From sequence record SRR20825019_428: 58,146 nt of DNA; one strand, given 5' to 3'. Below, piece by piece: positions 1 through 11,300 of the stretch; within the stretch, counting starts at the first letter, position 1; each line of letters starts with the position of its first letter. Under the pieces are notes generated by a model. The model worked only from the letters and a program-made list of their open reading frames with translations. It made no database searches and had not been told where the DNA came from. A program made the translations under genes and the position numbers.

Positions 1-972
1 CTCCAGGCTCTCGGAGCCGTCGAGATCGGGCAGCCGGGCATCGAGATCCAGTGCGATAGGGCTGTCTTCTGTGCCAGAAGCGGGCGTCACCGCAAGCACA
101 GGCGCATCCGCAACCGCTTCAACGGTGACCGTCAGGCCATCGGTCGTCGTTGCCGTGTTGCCGCTCTCGTCGATTATTGTCGCCGTGACTGTGAGGCTTA
201 TGTCACCGGAGAAGTCTGCAGGCGGTGTGATCGTAAGGCCATCGAGCTGATCTGGCGTCAATGTCCAGCTGCCGTCCGCGTTGGACGTGCCCGCAGAGAG
301 CACTGCGCCTTCGGGGATGCCGGAAATCGTTACCGAGGATGTGTCCTCGGAGACGGACAGGTTGAGCTCAATAGCCGTATCTTCCAGACCATCGGTATTG
401 CTCGTGGTCAGATCAGGTGCCTGGAGAGAGCTCTCTCCGGCAATTCCGCCGCCTGGTGTCCCGCCGCTGTCTTCACCTGTTCCTGGACCGGAGGCGCTTC
501 CGCCGGCTCCCGATCCCGTAGCGCCACTCTGTCTCGAGGATGAAGAAGTCTCCTGTTCTGATTGGGAGGCTGTATCGGGACGCCCAAGAGTATTGTCATC
601 CTGGACCTCTCGGGCCGTTGCTTGTTCCGCAGATGTTGCCGAAGCATCGGGGCTGCTGATCGGTGCGCCTTCGATTGAGGACGATGCCGCTGTCGAGCGC
701 CCTCCCGCAGTTCGTAATGATGTAGAGCCAGACCGTCCCGCGCCGCCTTCCGCAAGATCCAGTGCGCCCGGTTGGGATGCGCCTTCATCTTCGCGTTCCG
801 AGCCCTTGGCGATTTGCTCCTTGTTCGAGCCGGTGTGCAGCAGATCGTTCGTCCGCTGGCGATCTTCCGCGTTCTCATCTCCCGGGAGAACTTTCCGTTC
901 CAGGGCGTCAAGCGGGTTCTGCTTCAGGTTGGTCGAAGCGGATGCGGATACGCGTACGGGATCTTTTGCCAT
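1..972 (-). CDS. 5' part of a large T1SS-secreted repeat adhesin (Ig/cadherin-like repeats); runs off the window edge
   Basis: Not in the ORF track because there is no stop in the window. My translation from ATG 972: MAKDPVRVSASAST..., a Ser/Gly/Thr/acidic low-complexity stretch, then ...GLEDTAIELNLSVSEDTSSVTISGIPEGAVLSAGTSNADGSWTLTPDQLDGLTITPPADFSGDISLTVTAT...VEAVADAPVLAVTPASGTEDSPIALDL, typical of T1SS adhesin repeats. Lies directly downstream of the HlyD gene. Confidence 0.85.
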   Translation of the reverse strand, partial: MAKDPVRVSASASTNLKQNPLDALERKVLPGDENAEDRQRTNDLLHTGSNKEQIAKGSEREDEGASQPGALDLAEGGAGRSGSTSLRTAGGRSTAASSSIEGAPISSPDASATSAEQATAREVQDDNTLGRPDTASQSEQETSSSSRQSGATGSGAGGSASGPGTGEDSGGTPGGGIAGESSLQAPDLTTSNTDGLEDTAIELNLSVSEDTSSVTISGIPEGAVLSAGTSNADGSWTLTPDQLDGLTITPPADFSGDISLTVTATIIDESGNTATTTDGLTVTVEAVADAPVLAVTPASGTEDSPIALDLDARLPDLDGSESLE

Positions 973-1050
973 TGGGCTGTCTTTCTTCTCAGAGTATCGG
1001 GGCTGAAAAAATCAGTAACGTGTTGATTTTTTGTCCTGATTTTCAGCTAC

Positions 1051-2394
1051 TCATCTTTCGCTCATAGCTTGATCAATATTTGTGTAGATAGGCTTAAGAA
1101 GGTATTGGAGAATTGTTTTTCTCCCCGTTTGAATGTCGGCTTGAACGGTCATTCCGGGGAGGAGTTTGTTTTTTTCATTATTTTCACCGACATATGACTT
1201 CTTGAGAATGACGCGACCTTGGTAATAAGGTTCCTGGTTTTCATCCAGAAACGTCGTCGCGGAGACATATGCCAATTCACCAGGGACGGCCCCGAGCCTG
1301 GTGAAATCAAAAGTATGGACTTTCACATCCACTGACTGGCCGAGCTGAACGAAGCCGACATCCCTTGGCGAGATGCGGTTTTCGACAACGAGGGCTCCGT
1401 CAACCGGGACGATTTCAGCAATCAGCCCGCCCGGGGCCAGGACCGTTCCGATATTCTTTACCGGCAGGCTTTGTACGATGCCGCGGACAGGAGAAACGAC
1501 GTCCAGCCGGTTGACCCTGTCCGTCAGGCTTTCGATCATTTCCTCTACCTCGACGCGCTGGCCTGCGACGGAGCCGGCGTCGGCAAGAGAATCCGACCGG
1601 AACTGGGAAAGGAACTCGTCCAGTTCCTGGCGGGATTCCTGCAATGATTCCCGCAACTGTGCCTGCTCGTTCCTTAACCGTTCGGAACGCCCTTGAGCCT
1701 CGGCGAGCTTGATTTGGGTGGCGAGGAGCGTCACCCGGGGGCTGAGGCCTTTTTCGGTTAGACCGGCCCTGATTTTCATCTCTTCTTCGAGCAAGATGGC
1801 GACATGCTGTGCATTCTTCATGTCTTGCTGGCCGGTTTCTATCTGGGCCTCGATTTCGCGCACCCGGCTGGCCAGGACTTCTTTGCTCTTGTCCCGTGCT
1901 TCGATCTGGGATGCGAGAATGTCCTGCTGATCGTCAACGAGAGGCTGGAATTTGGCAGGAACGGCGAGAAACTGCGGAGGGCGGGATTCAGCCAACGCAC
2001 GCAGACGTTCTTCTTCGAGCGAAAGGGCAATGAGGCGGGCACCCATTCGCTCCAGGTCTGCCTGGGCCGCAGATGCCGCCATGCGGACGATCGGTTGTCC
2101 TATCTCGACGATATCGCCTTCCTTGACAAGGGTCTGCTCGATGATCCCGCCTTCCAGGTGCTGTATGGGCACAACATTGCCGGCCGGCACCACGGCACCT
2201 ACGGTCACCGCCGTTTCATTGACCTCGGTCACAGCGGACCAACTGATGAACAGCACCATCGTCAAGGCGACGACAAAGATCCCGAACCGGATCAGTTTTG
2301 TCGAGCCCGCGTCACTGATGGAAGGGGCCACGTCAAGACTGGTCAGAGAACGGTTTCCACGGCCTGGCGGAAGCAGTTTTGTGGCATTATTCAT
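1051..2394 (-). CDS. HlyD family type I secretion periplasmic adaptor
   Basis: N-terminal TM helix, IQHLEGGII...VKEGDIVEIGQPI motif, coiled coil, SPVRGIV, C-terminal PGMTVQADIQTGRKTILQYLLKP. Confidence 0.95.
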   Translation of the reverse strand: MNNATKLLPPGRGNRSLTSLDVAPSISDAGSTKLIRFGIFVVALTMVLFISWSAVTEVNETAVTVGAVVPAGNVVPIQHLEGGIIEQTLVKEGDIVEIGQPIVRMAASAAQADLERMGARLIALSLEEERLRALAESRPPQFLAVPAKFQPLVDDQQDILASQIEARDKSKEVLASRVREIEAQIETGQQDMKNAQHVAILLEEEMKIRAGLTEKGLSPRVTLLATQIKLAEAQGRSERLRNEQAQLRESLQESRQELDEFLSQFRSDSLADAGSVAGQRVEVEEMIESLTDRVNRLDVVSPVRGIVQSLPVKNIGTVLAPGGLIAEIVPVDGALVVENRISPRDVGFVQLGQSVDVKVHTFDFTRLGAVPGELAYVSATTFLDENQEPYYQGRVILKKSYVGENNEKNKLLPGMTVQADIQTGRKTILQYLLKPIYTNIDQAMSER

Positions 2395-4646
2395 GACGTG
2401 ATTTCCTTCTGGATTTCGCCGCTAAACGCCTCGGTGAGCTTTTCGATCACCGGGCCAGGAGGGCCGAAATAGCGGGATGCTCCGTCTTTCATGACCAGAA
2501 CCCGGTCAGCCAGACGGATATGGCTCGGGCGATAGGTTACGAGGACAATCGTGGCCTTGCCGCGAAGCTGGCTCAGGGCATCCACGAATGCGAACTCGCC
2601 TTCGAAGTCAAAGCTTCCTACTGGCTCGTCCAGCAACAGAATGGGCGCCTTGCGAACATATGAACGGGCAAGGGAGAGTTGTCCGAGCAAGCTGGATTGC
2701 AGTTTGCTGGTGCCGCCGGAATAGACTTGCGTATCAAGTCCTTCCGGCAGGGACAGCACGAGATCACGAATGCCGGCGAGGTCCAAGGCCTCTTCCAAAT
2801 CCTGGTCCGTGGCCGTGGGGGCTGCAAGGCGGAGGTTTTCACCGATGGTGGCGTCGAACAGCTCGGGCGAATGAGGTGCATAGGCAATAATCTGGCGTAA
2901 CTCGGATGGATCGAACTGCCGAACGTCACGCCCATCGATCCGGATGGCTCCACCCTGAGGAGTGTGCAGGCCGGCAATCAGTTCCAGCAGGTTTGAGTTA
3001 CCCATGCCGTTCGGCCCGGTCACGGCAATCAGCTCACCCGGTTTGATGTCCATGGCGACATTCATCAGCACCGGCGTCAGGTCCGCCGCTGGTTTGAAAG
3101 TCACCATGTCGAGCGTGATCCGGCCTTGAACACCTTCAAGCGCGGTACCCTCCACATCGGCGGGACGCTCCGGCTGAAGAGCCATAAGTCCATCGATCTG
3201 CCGGATCGATGAAAAGACCTGGAAGAGTCTGGTCGATGCCACAAACGCTGACTGCAGCGGGGTTTGCACGCGCCAACCCAGCATCATCACCGCGATAAGC
3301 GCGCCGGGAGTCATTTGCTCATTGAGGACGCCGCTGACGCCCAGTGCCAGCAGGCAGAGCATACTGAGCATCAACGCGAATTGCCCAAAGCTCTGCGCTA
3401 TCGCGGCAGTCTTGATTTGTGCGAAATTTCTTGCAATGGACGCTGCGGACAATTCCTTGAACCGCCTCCGGAAGACGGCTTCCGCGCCGGTCACCCGGAT
3501 GGAACGCATCTTATCCAGCGCCTCGACCACCAACATCTGTCGGCGAACGCCTGCCTGTGCGCTGTCCGAAGACCTGTTGTTGATGATCCAGTTGTAAAAC
3601 AGGGCAGCAAGGGCCAGGACAATGGCCGATGCAACCGGCACCACGGCAATCCAGCCCGCGACCAATGCGATGGTGACCACGAAGATGATGAGCACGGGCA
3701 GCTCAAGCATTGCCGTCGTCAACGGACCGGCGAGTACGCTGCGTACCCGTTCCAGATCCCTCATTCTTGCAATCTGTGCCGTGACGCCGGCGCGCTCCAG
3801 TAGGGCGAGCGAAAGCCCCAGCATGTGACCCAGAACTTGTGAGCCGACCAGATAGTTCAACCGCGCGGAAACGAACACCTGGATCCGCATGCGGATGTTC
3901 CGTAGGGCCAGGTCGGACAGGACCGCGAGACCGATCCCCAGAGCCAGCAGCCATATGCCATCTCGATCTCCTGTCGCAATGATCCGGTCATAGACGGTCA
4001 TCACGTATAGCGGTATCGCGAGCGCCAGAATATTTATGAAAAACCCAAGAGCGAAAGCCGCGCCGATCGGGTGCATGAACTTTGAGAAAATCGTGCTGAA
4101 CCAGCCGCTTTTGCGGCGGGCTTCCGACTGAAATCCTCCCTGAGCGGATCTGGTGTCGATAAAGACCATGGCGTCGACAGCCTCTATGGGACGATCGACG
4201 ATGGTCTGCTGACCCGTGACGGGGTCATAGATCAGCACCCCCTTGTCGGCCTGATCAAGGATGACTGCCGCAGGGGCATTTTTTCGCAGCCAGAGGGCAG
4301 GGGCCTCGATAACGGCCTGATTCCAGTTGAGACTGGCCCGACGGGAAGAGAAACCAAGCCGGTTTAGCGTGCTGGTTAAGTCGACCAGATCAAAGGGCGT
4401 TCCTTCGACAGGCATCGCTTCCAGCAGTTGCCGTGACACGCCAGCCCAACCGAGGGCGGTGACCAGCGCCGGCAGGCACCCGGCCAGATCCGACGTTTTC
4501 GCGCGATTTTGAAGCGCTGGGCTCATCAGCTCCTGGACGCGTTGCTCGAAGCTGTTCCCGGCTCCGATACCTTGCATCAACGGATCGGGGATTGCGCTGG
4601 CTGCTTCCGGCGGAAGAACATCCGTGTGTTCAACATGCGCTCTCAT
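2391..4646 (-). CDS. T1SS ABC transporter permease/ATPase with N-terminal C39-like region; degenerate NBD
   Basis: INILALAIPLYVMTVYDRII motif of HlyB-type transporters; Walker A reads GPNGMGNS, Walker B LLLDEP; 4-nt overlaps with both neighbours. Confidence 0.9.
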   Translation of the reverse strand: MRAHVEHTDVLPPEAASAIPDPLMQGIGAGNSFEQRVQELMSPALQNRAKTSDLAGCLPALVTALGWAGVSRQLLEAMPVEGTPFDLVDLTSTLNRLGFSSRRASLNWNQAVIEAPALWLRKNAPAAVILDQADKGVLIYDPVTGQQTIVDRPIEAVDAMVFIDTRSAQGGFQSEARRKSGWFSTIFSKFMHPIGAAFALGFFINILALAIPLYVMTVYDRIIATGDRDGIWLLALGIGLAVLSDLALRNIRMRIQVFVSARLNYLVGSQVLGHMLGLSLALLERAGVTAQIARMRDLERVRSVLAGPLTTAMLELPVLIIFVVTIALVAGWIAVVPVASAIVLALAALFYNWIINNRSSDSAQAGVRRQMLVVEALDKMRSIRVTGAEAVFRRRFKELSAASIARNFAQIKTAAIAQSFGQFALMLSMLCLLALGVSGVLNEQMTPGALIAVMMLGWRVQTPLQSAFVASTRLFQVFSSIRQIDGLMALQPERPADVEGTALEGVQGRITLDMVTFKPAADLTPVLMNVAMDIKPGELIAVTGPNGMGNSNLLELIAGLHTPQGGAIRIDGRDVRQFDPSELRQIIAYAPHSPELFDATIGENLRLAAPTATDQDLEEALDLAGIRDLVLSLPEGLDTQVYSGGTSKLQSSLLGQLSLARSYVRKAPILLLDEPVGSFDFEGEFAFVDALSQLRGKATIVLVTYRPSHIRLADRVLVMKDGASRYFGPPGPVIEKLTEAFSGEIQKEITS

Positions 4647-6316
4647 AACAGTGCCTCTGTCGATACGGAGTCCTGATCAAGCTGACCATCCGCCAAAACA
4701 TAAACCTGGTCTGCCACGCGCAGAAGGGAGGGTCTGTGACTGACGATGACTAGCGTGCATTGGCCCTTAAGGCGCCGGAAGGCATCCTTGACGTATTGGT
4801 CGCCGGCTCCGTCGACCGCCGAGTTCGCTTCATCGAAAAGAATGATTTTAGGCGGCACAACCAGGGCCCGTGCGATCGCGATCTGCTGGATCAAGCTGCG
4901 TGAAAGGAGCTGGGTTGTGCCTTCACCAGTCTGGGTGCGGAAACCTCTGGGCATGCGTGAGATCGCTTCCGAGATGCCGAGCACCTCGGCTACGAGCATC
5001 GCTCGCGGTTCTAGTTCGGGGCGGAATGTCGTCAGGTTTTCCATGATGGTTCCCCTGAACAGGACTTCTCTCTGAGGCAGCAGGACCACCTGCCTCCGGA
5101 GAGATTCCCGATCGATATTCTCGATCGACAGCCCGTCAAGCGTCACGGATCCGGCTGTAGGGCTTGCCAGTCCTGCCATGACTGTCAACAAGAGCGATTT
5201 TCCGGATCCGTTCGGACCGGTGATCCCGATTGCGGAGCCGGCGTGAATCTCCAGGTCAAGACCATCGAAAATGACCCGCTCGTTGTTTGACGACCGGTAT
5301 TGCAGGTTTGACAAGCTAATCGCGCCAGTCAATTCCACATCCTGTGATGCGCCGGTTCCGCTCGGGTCGGCCGGAAGATCGAAAATACTCGCGACCCGCT
5401 CTCTCGCCGCACGGACGGATTGGTACCTGACCCAGAACCCGGCGATGCCACTGAATGGAACCAGGGCGCGTCCTGCCAGCAGGGTGCAAGCAGCGAGGCC
5501 GCCTGTCGTGAGCATGCCGTCCATGACCGCAAAGGCTCCGACGGTAACCACCCCGGCCGTACTGATCTGGGAGAAGGTGTTCCCTTGATCGACCAGGGAT
5601 GTCGACAGTTTGTCTACATCGGCGGCTTTTTCTGATTTTTCCAGCTGGAATTTTTCAAAACGGCGGCAAATGCCCTTCTCGAGGGCCATGGACTTGATAC
5701 TCCTCCAGCCATTCAGGAGGCGCAGCAAGAAGCCTATTCGCGATTCTTCTGTTTGCAGATGAGCGCGAACCGCGTGGGCCAAAGCTCCGCTGGAATAGCC
5801 GACGACAGCAAGATAAAGGGCGATGAGCAGCAGGGGCACATAGACGACCGGGCCGCCGATATACCAGATAAGCAGAACGTAGATGATGGCAAACGGCAGG
5901 TCACACAGGGTCAGGATGGCTTGACCGGAATAAAATTCCTTTGCGGTCTGGAGAGCGTCAAACCTCTCCACGAGCGCGCCGGATCCGATCTGCTCATAAG
6001 CTGCCAGATCGGAATCAAGAAGGTGGTCGAAAGCGTCGCAACCAGCCTGGTACTCGTATTTCGAGGCGGCAGCGCCAAGCAGATACGACCGCCCGTAGCG
6101 CAACAGAATTTCGAGAAGAACGGCGAGGCCGACCCCAGCTATCAGAACCGTCATGGTGCCGTATGTCTGGTTCGGGATGATCCGGTCATAAACCTGCAGG
6201 AGGGCCAACGGCATTGCCAGGGCAAGAATGTTGATCACCACAGTGGAGACGAGAATATCAGAGAAATTCCCACTGAAGATTGCTGTTCTGTTCCGGGGCT
6301 GAACTGACTGAACCAT
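4643..6316 (-). CDS. T1SS ABC transporter permease/ATPase
   Basis: NILALAMPLALLQVYDRIIP; Walker A GPNGSGKS; Walker B ILFDEA; H-loop VSHRPS; RBS-like GAGAGGAAAGG upstream. Confidence 0.9.
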   Translation of the reverse strand: MVQSVQPRNRTAIFSGNFSDILVSTVVINILALAMPLALLQVYDRIIPNQTYGTMTVLIAGVGLAVLLEILLRYGRSYLLGAAASKYEYQAGCDAFDHLLDSDLAAYEQIGSGALVERFDALQTAKEFYSGQAILTLCDLPFAIIYVLLIWYIGGPVVYVPLLLIALYLAVVGYSSGALAHAVRAHLQTEESRIGFLLRLLNGWRSIKSMALEKGICRRFEKFQLEKSEKAADVDKLSTSLVDQGNTFSQISTAGVVTVGAFAVMDGMLTTGGLAACTLLAGRALVPFSGIAGFWVRYQSVRAARERVASIFDLPADPSGTGASQDVELTGAISLSNLQYRSSNNERVIFDGLDLEIHAGSAIGITGPNGSGKSLLLTVMAGLASPTAGSVTLDGLSIENIDRESLRRQVVLLPQREVLFRGTIMENLTTFRPELEPRAMLVAEVLGISEAISRMPRGFRTQTGEGTTQLLSRSLIQQIAIARALVVPPKIILFDEANSAVDGAGDQYVKDAFRRLKGQCTLVIVSHRPSLLRVADQVYVLADGQLDQDSVSTEALL

Positions 6317-6465
6317 CAGCCTTTCCTCTCGTTTTTAACGGTCTCAGGATTTCCTGTTCCGTTACCTGTCCGCGGTTGCGTCACTTGACGACAGGGGCTG
6401 CCGATGCCCAAGTTCACACTTGGTATGTTGATTGTTTCCGGTTGCCGGGAAGGACTTGAAGGCCA

Positions 6466-7644
6466 ATGAGGAACTCTGTTCGCGGAAAAGTCCTGATCGT
6501 TGATGACGTTCCGACGAATACCGAACTTCTCGGTATGGTTCTCGGCCAGGAATTCGATGTCGTTCAGGCAACTTCCGGCCCGGAAGCGATCAATATTGCC
6601 CAGACAGACAACATCGATCTCGTTCTGCTCGATATCATCATGCCTGGAATGGACGGCTATGATGTCTGTCGTGCCCTTAAGGCAGATCCCGTGACTGCCG
6701 ATATCCCGATCATTTTCATTACGGCAATGTCTGAGGAAGAAGATGAGGAGGCCGGGCTTGCGATCGGCGCGATCGACTATGTGACGAAGCCATTCAGCTT
6801 GCCTATCGTGCGGGCCAGAGTTCGAAACCATCTTCTCTCCAAAGCCCGGGCTGATGCGCTTGAAGTAAGCAACTCCAAGCTGGAACATCTTTACCGGCAG
6901 ATGAGCGATGATCTGGATGCGGCTTCCCGGCTGCAGAACAGCTTCCTTCCCAAAAAGAAAGCAGAAATCGGAAACGTTTCTTTCGGCTACATGTATTACC
7001 CGTCTCAGTATCTTTGCGGAGACACGTTGAATTTCTTCAAAATCGGGAACGATATCGTAGCCTTTTACATTGCCGATATTGCAGGGCACGGAATTCCGTC
7101 CGCTCTTCTCTCGGTCACGCTCAGCAACACCATGACTCCCGAATTCTGTACGCGTGTCAGTGGCGAAACCGACAGGGAATATGGTGTTCCTTTGCCTTCC
7201 ACTGTGGTTTCGGCCTTGAACCGGCGCTTTCTCAGCGACGGGGACAGAATGGATTATCTGACGATGATCTACGGCGTGATCAACACTGCCACCGGCGCGA
7301 CCAGGTTGTGTCAGGCGGCTCAGCCAAGCCCTATTTTGCTGAGAAAAAATGGTACTGCCGAGACAATTGGAGACGGGGGCTTTCCTGTCGGCATGTTTGC
7401 CGATGCCACATATGAGGATATTGAGTTCACCATGCGCCCGGGCGACCGCTTGGCTATTTTTTCCGATGGCATCACGGAGTGCGAGAACGCTACTGGTGTT
7501 CAGTTTGGCGAGGAGAGGCTGACGGAAGCGTTGTTTGGCGTAAATGGCACTGTTCTGAATGGATTGCAGCGGAAGATTCAGAACTGGACGGGGCAAAAAC
7601 CGCCGACCGACGATGTTTCTCTTCTGCTGATGACGCTTTCTTGA
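6466..7644 (+). CDS. Response regulator with REC domain and SpoIIE/PP2C phosphatase output
   Basis: VLIVDD...LLDIIMPGMDG...KPF receiver; CGD, ADIAGHG, FSDGITE and DDVS PP2C motifs. Confidence 0.92.
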   Translation: MRNSVRGKVLIVDDVPTNTELLGMVLGQEFDVVQATSGPEAINIAQTDNIDLVLLDIIMPGMDGYDVCRALKADPVTADIPIIFITAMSEEEDEEAGLAIGAIDYVTKPFSLPIVRARVRNHLLSKARADALEVSNSKLEHLYRQMSDDLDAASRLQNSFLPKKKAEIGNVSFGYMYYPSQYLCGDTLNFFKIGNDIVAFYIADIAGHGIPSALLSVTLSNTMTPEFCTRVSGETDREYGVPLPSTVVSALNRRFLSDGDRMDYLTMIYGVINTATGATRLCQAAQPSPILLRKNGTAETIGDGGFPVGMFADATYEDIEFTMRPGDRLAIFSDGITECENATGVQFGEERLTEALFGVNGTVLNGLQRKIQNWTGQKPPTDDVSLLLMTLS

Positions 7645-8350
7645 GCGCGCTGGTTGTACGTGGGTGTGGGCATGCAGGCGTTCGCCGGTGCGCGGATCAG
7701 AATACTGACTGCGGTTTCTCGGAGTGACCGAGAGCGGACATGTCGAGGATGCGTCGTTCATTCCTGTGAACCCGCGCGCCTCAATCCCATGCATCATCAA
7801 GTTATCTGACATTAGATTGTCATTTGAATAAAATTCAATATTCTTGGGTAGCGATGACGTTCCCTGCCGCATGACCCTCGCTCCCTAGCCGTTCCCTAAA
7901 AAATATAGAGTTAAAAGATAACCGTTCCACGTCATGGGTTGGTTTTCCCAGATTTAGTGGACAAAATTAAAAACTTAGTATGTTGTTATTCACCGCGCTC
8001 GTGGGAACAATGTCCCATGAAACGGTAAAGTTTTTATTAATTCTATGGATCAGATGTGATTTCTTGCAGAACACTTATTTGTTTGAGAAATAAGGATGAT
8101 TTTGATCGGAAAATGAATCCATTCAAAGAAACCCCAAAGGCGTTCCTTGCGTTAAATGTTTAAATTAAGCGCCATTTTCAGCAATTGTACCGTGTGTTTT
8201 GAGGACCCTGAGAAGGGCATCCTCCGGGGCTGAATGCGAGACAGGCCACGGATTGTAATCGCAATTTTGGCGGGGATTATGGAATGATAATTCCGTGGTA
8301 TGTTTTCCGCTTTGAAGCGATCAGCATTGGTTGAGATCGGATATCCTGGG

Positions 8351-11300
8351 ATGACCCACCAGAAAAAACCATATTCTGAACTCGACAGGCTGGCGGAGCT
8401 TGGACGGCTCGAGATTCTCGACACGCCGCCGGAGCGGGCTTTTGATCGCGTTACCGCTCTGGCCACGAAACTTCTCGATGCTCCCATATCTCTGGTGTCT
8501 CTGGTCGACCGGGACCGTCAATGGTTCAAGGCGAAATGCGGTATCGATGCCGTTGAAACGCCCCGGTCCTGGGCGTTTTGCGATTATGCCATCCGGCAGG
8601 ATGAGATTATGGTCGTCGAAGACGCTCGCAAGGATGATAGATTTAAGGACAACCCGCTGGTCACGGGAGACCCGTTCATCCGGTTCTATGCGGGAGCGCC
8701 ACTGAAGTCGCCAAACGGGCTGCCGCTTGGAACGCTTTGCATCATTGACAGCAAGCCGAGGTCGCTTGATGTGAAGGAGTGCGAGGTTCTAAGGGACCTT
8801 TGCGACATTGCAGCGGATGCGATCTGGTTGAGGGACCTTGCATCAAGGTCCGAAGCTGCCAGTGCCGAAGCCAGGCGTTCTTCTCAGGTTATCGCAGAGA
8901 TGATTGAGGCGGTTCCGGATGGGTTCGTCAAATATGGCGCGGATCGCAGAATTGAATACTGTAACTCAGCTTTCAGCGCATTTTTTCCTTGGGAAGATGG
9001 TGTCGTGGCTCCCGGCGCACTCCTTGACGACATCCTGAAATACGGTGTGGAACGCGGTTTTTATGCTGGAGCAGGGAAAAGAAAAGAAGATCAAGAGGCA
9101 TGGATAGAGGAGCGTTTATACCGGCACGACAAGCCCGGTGAGCCATTCCTGCAGGAAACGGCGGACGGCAGATGGATGCGGATCGTGGAATCGCGGACAG
9201 CCGATGGTGGCATTGTCGGTATCCGGTCGGATGTGACGTCGCAGAGACGGCACGCCGATGTCCTGCGCGCCATGCTGGCTGCCGTCTCGACAGGCTCAAC
9301 CAGCTTGCAGGAAAGAGTTTCCAGAATACTCGAGATTGGCTGTGAGTATCTGGAGCTGCCAATCGGGATCGTCAGCAAGATAGAAGACGGCAATTATGTC
9401 GTTGAATACGCCGTGTCACCCGATGGGGGCATCAGCCCGGGCACGGCGTTTCGCCTTGACCAGACATATTGTGAGAATGTTTTCAGTGGCTTTGATCCAA
9501 TAGGCTTTTCACATGTAGGGGGCGGCGAATTACGAACCCATCCGTGTTATCTCGCCACTGGTCTCGAATCCTATATCGGCTGCCCCGTCATAGTCTCCGG
9601 GCGCCGGTATGGCACCGTGAATTTTTCCAGCCCGTTGCCGCGGGAGTCGATCCAGGACAGTGACCTGGATCTCATGCGCTACATCACTTTGCTGGTCGGC
9701 TCGGAGCTGACCAGGACAGAGGCGGCAAATGCGTTGGAATTGGCCAAAGCCCAGGCAGAGGAAGCCAGCCAGCAGAAGTCCGAATTCCTGGCCACGATGA
9801 GCCACGAAATCCGGACGCCGCTTAATGGTCTCCTCGGGATGGTGGATTTGCTTCTTGGGAGCGCGCTCAGTGATGAGCAGGCAAGGCTGGCAGAGATTGC
9901 CAAACATTCCGGCTCCAATCTTCTGCTGATAATCAATGATATTCTGGATTTTTCGCGCCTTGAAGGTGAATGGCTTGAACTGGACGATGCCCCTCTGAGC
10001 CTGATGGAGATGATCGGCGCTGTGATCGACAATGCCTCGGCGACGGCACGCGATAAAAACCTTGAACTGATCGCGGTGATGCCACCCTCCATACCGGATT
10101 ACCGCAAGGGTGATGCAGCCAGACTGCGGCAAATTCTGTTCAATCTGGTTGGTAATGCCGTCAAGTTCACAGACAAAGGCGGGGTCGCCATCGAACTCCT
10201 TGAGGGCGCTACACCGGACCGGGTCCGGTTTCAGGTGAGAGACACCGGGATCGGGATCGCCGAGCATGACCGGGAAACGCTCTTCGATCGGTTTACCCAG
10301 GTCGATTCATCGATTTCACGCCGCTTTGGTGGCACAGGTCTCGGCCTCGCCATTTGCAAGAAACTCGTCACCCTTATGGGCGGGGAGATTGGCGTCGTCA
10401 GTGAAGAGAGCATTGGCAGCACCTTCTATTTCGAGGTGCCCCTGATGGTTCTTGATGGCCCGTCTCAACAAAACAAGGCGCCGAAACTGGACGGCAAGGT
10501 CGTTCAGCTCACTGGCTGGAGCGATTTCAGTGTTCCTTTGCTTGTGCGGCAACTGGAGGGGCTGGGGGGCCGGGTTGTCGTGGACAGCCGGTCGGCAGTG
10601 GGAAAGCCTTCCGCAGATTTAGAACAGTCTCCGGATATTTTGATGGTCGATATGGATGCAGATGATGCTCCCTCGTCCAGACAGGATGGCATGCCCGGTA
10701 ACCCTGAGCAGAATAAGCCCGCTATGCTTTATTGCACATGGCAGGATTTTCATGTTCAGTCTGCGGATCAGGTTTTACCTGCTTCTGAGCGGACCGTGCT
10801 GCGAAAACCGGTCCATCCGAGGGCATTGATTGATGCTCTTGAGGGGGCGGGAAGTGGTCCTGGCGAGAAACAGGAAGATCTGGGTAAGCCGGAAACTGCC
10901 CCCGTTCCAGGGAAGGTCGTCAGCGGGACCAGTTTGAATGTCCTTGTCGCTGAGGATAATGAGATAAACCAGATTCTGATGACGCGTGTGCTGACAAAAC
11001 TAGGGCATCAAGTCGATCTCGCCGGAGACGGACTGGAAGCCATCGAAGCCGTCCAGAAGAAGCAATACGATGTCATTCTGATGGATATCCAGATGCCGCG
11101 TATGGACGGCCTTCAGGCCACCAGAATTCTCGTGGAAAAACACCCGGACACGCGCCCCCCAATTGTCGCGCTAACGGCACATGCCCTGAAGGAGCACGAG
11201 GAAGAGTTTAGGGGAGCTGGCATCGACTCCTATCTCACCAAACCTCTGGACGTCGAAAAACTGACGGAGGTTTTGAGCAATATCAGGCCAACCGCCAAAT

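Noticed and set aside
281-1006. 241-aa plus-strand ORF and other short ORFs here
   Set aside because: Antisense shadow of the minus-strand adhesin gene, whose translation has recognisable repeat motifs
7900-8170. Possible CtrA boxes in AT-rich spacers (also 11625, 51132, 57842)
   Set aside because: TTAA pairs have 6-, 8- or 9-nt spacing rather than 7; only a lone TTAACCAT half-site near 11625
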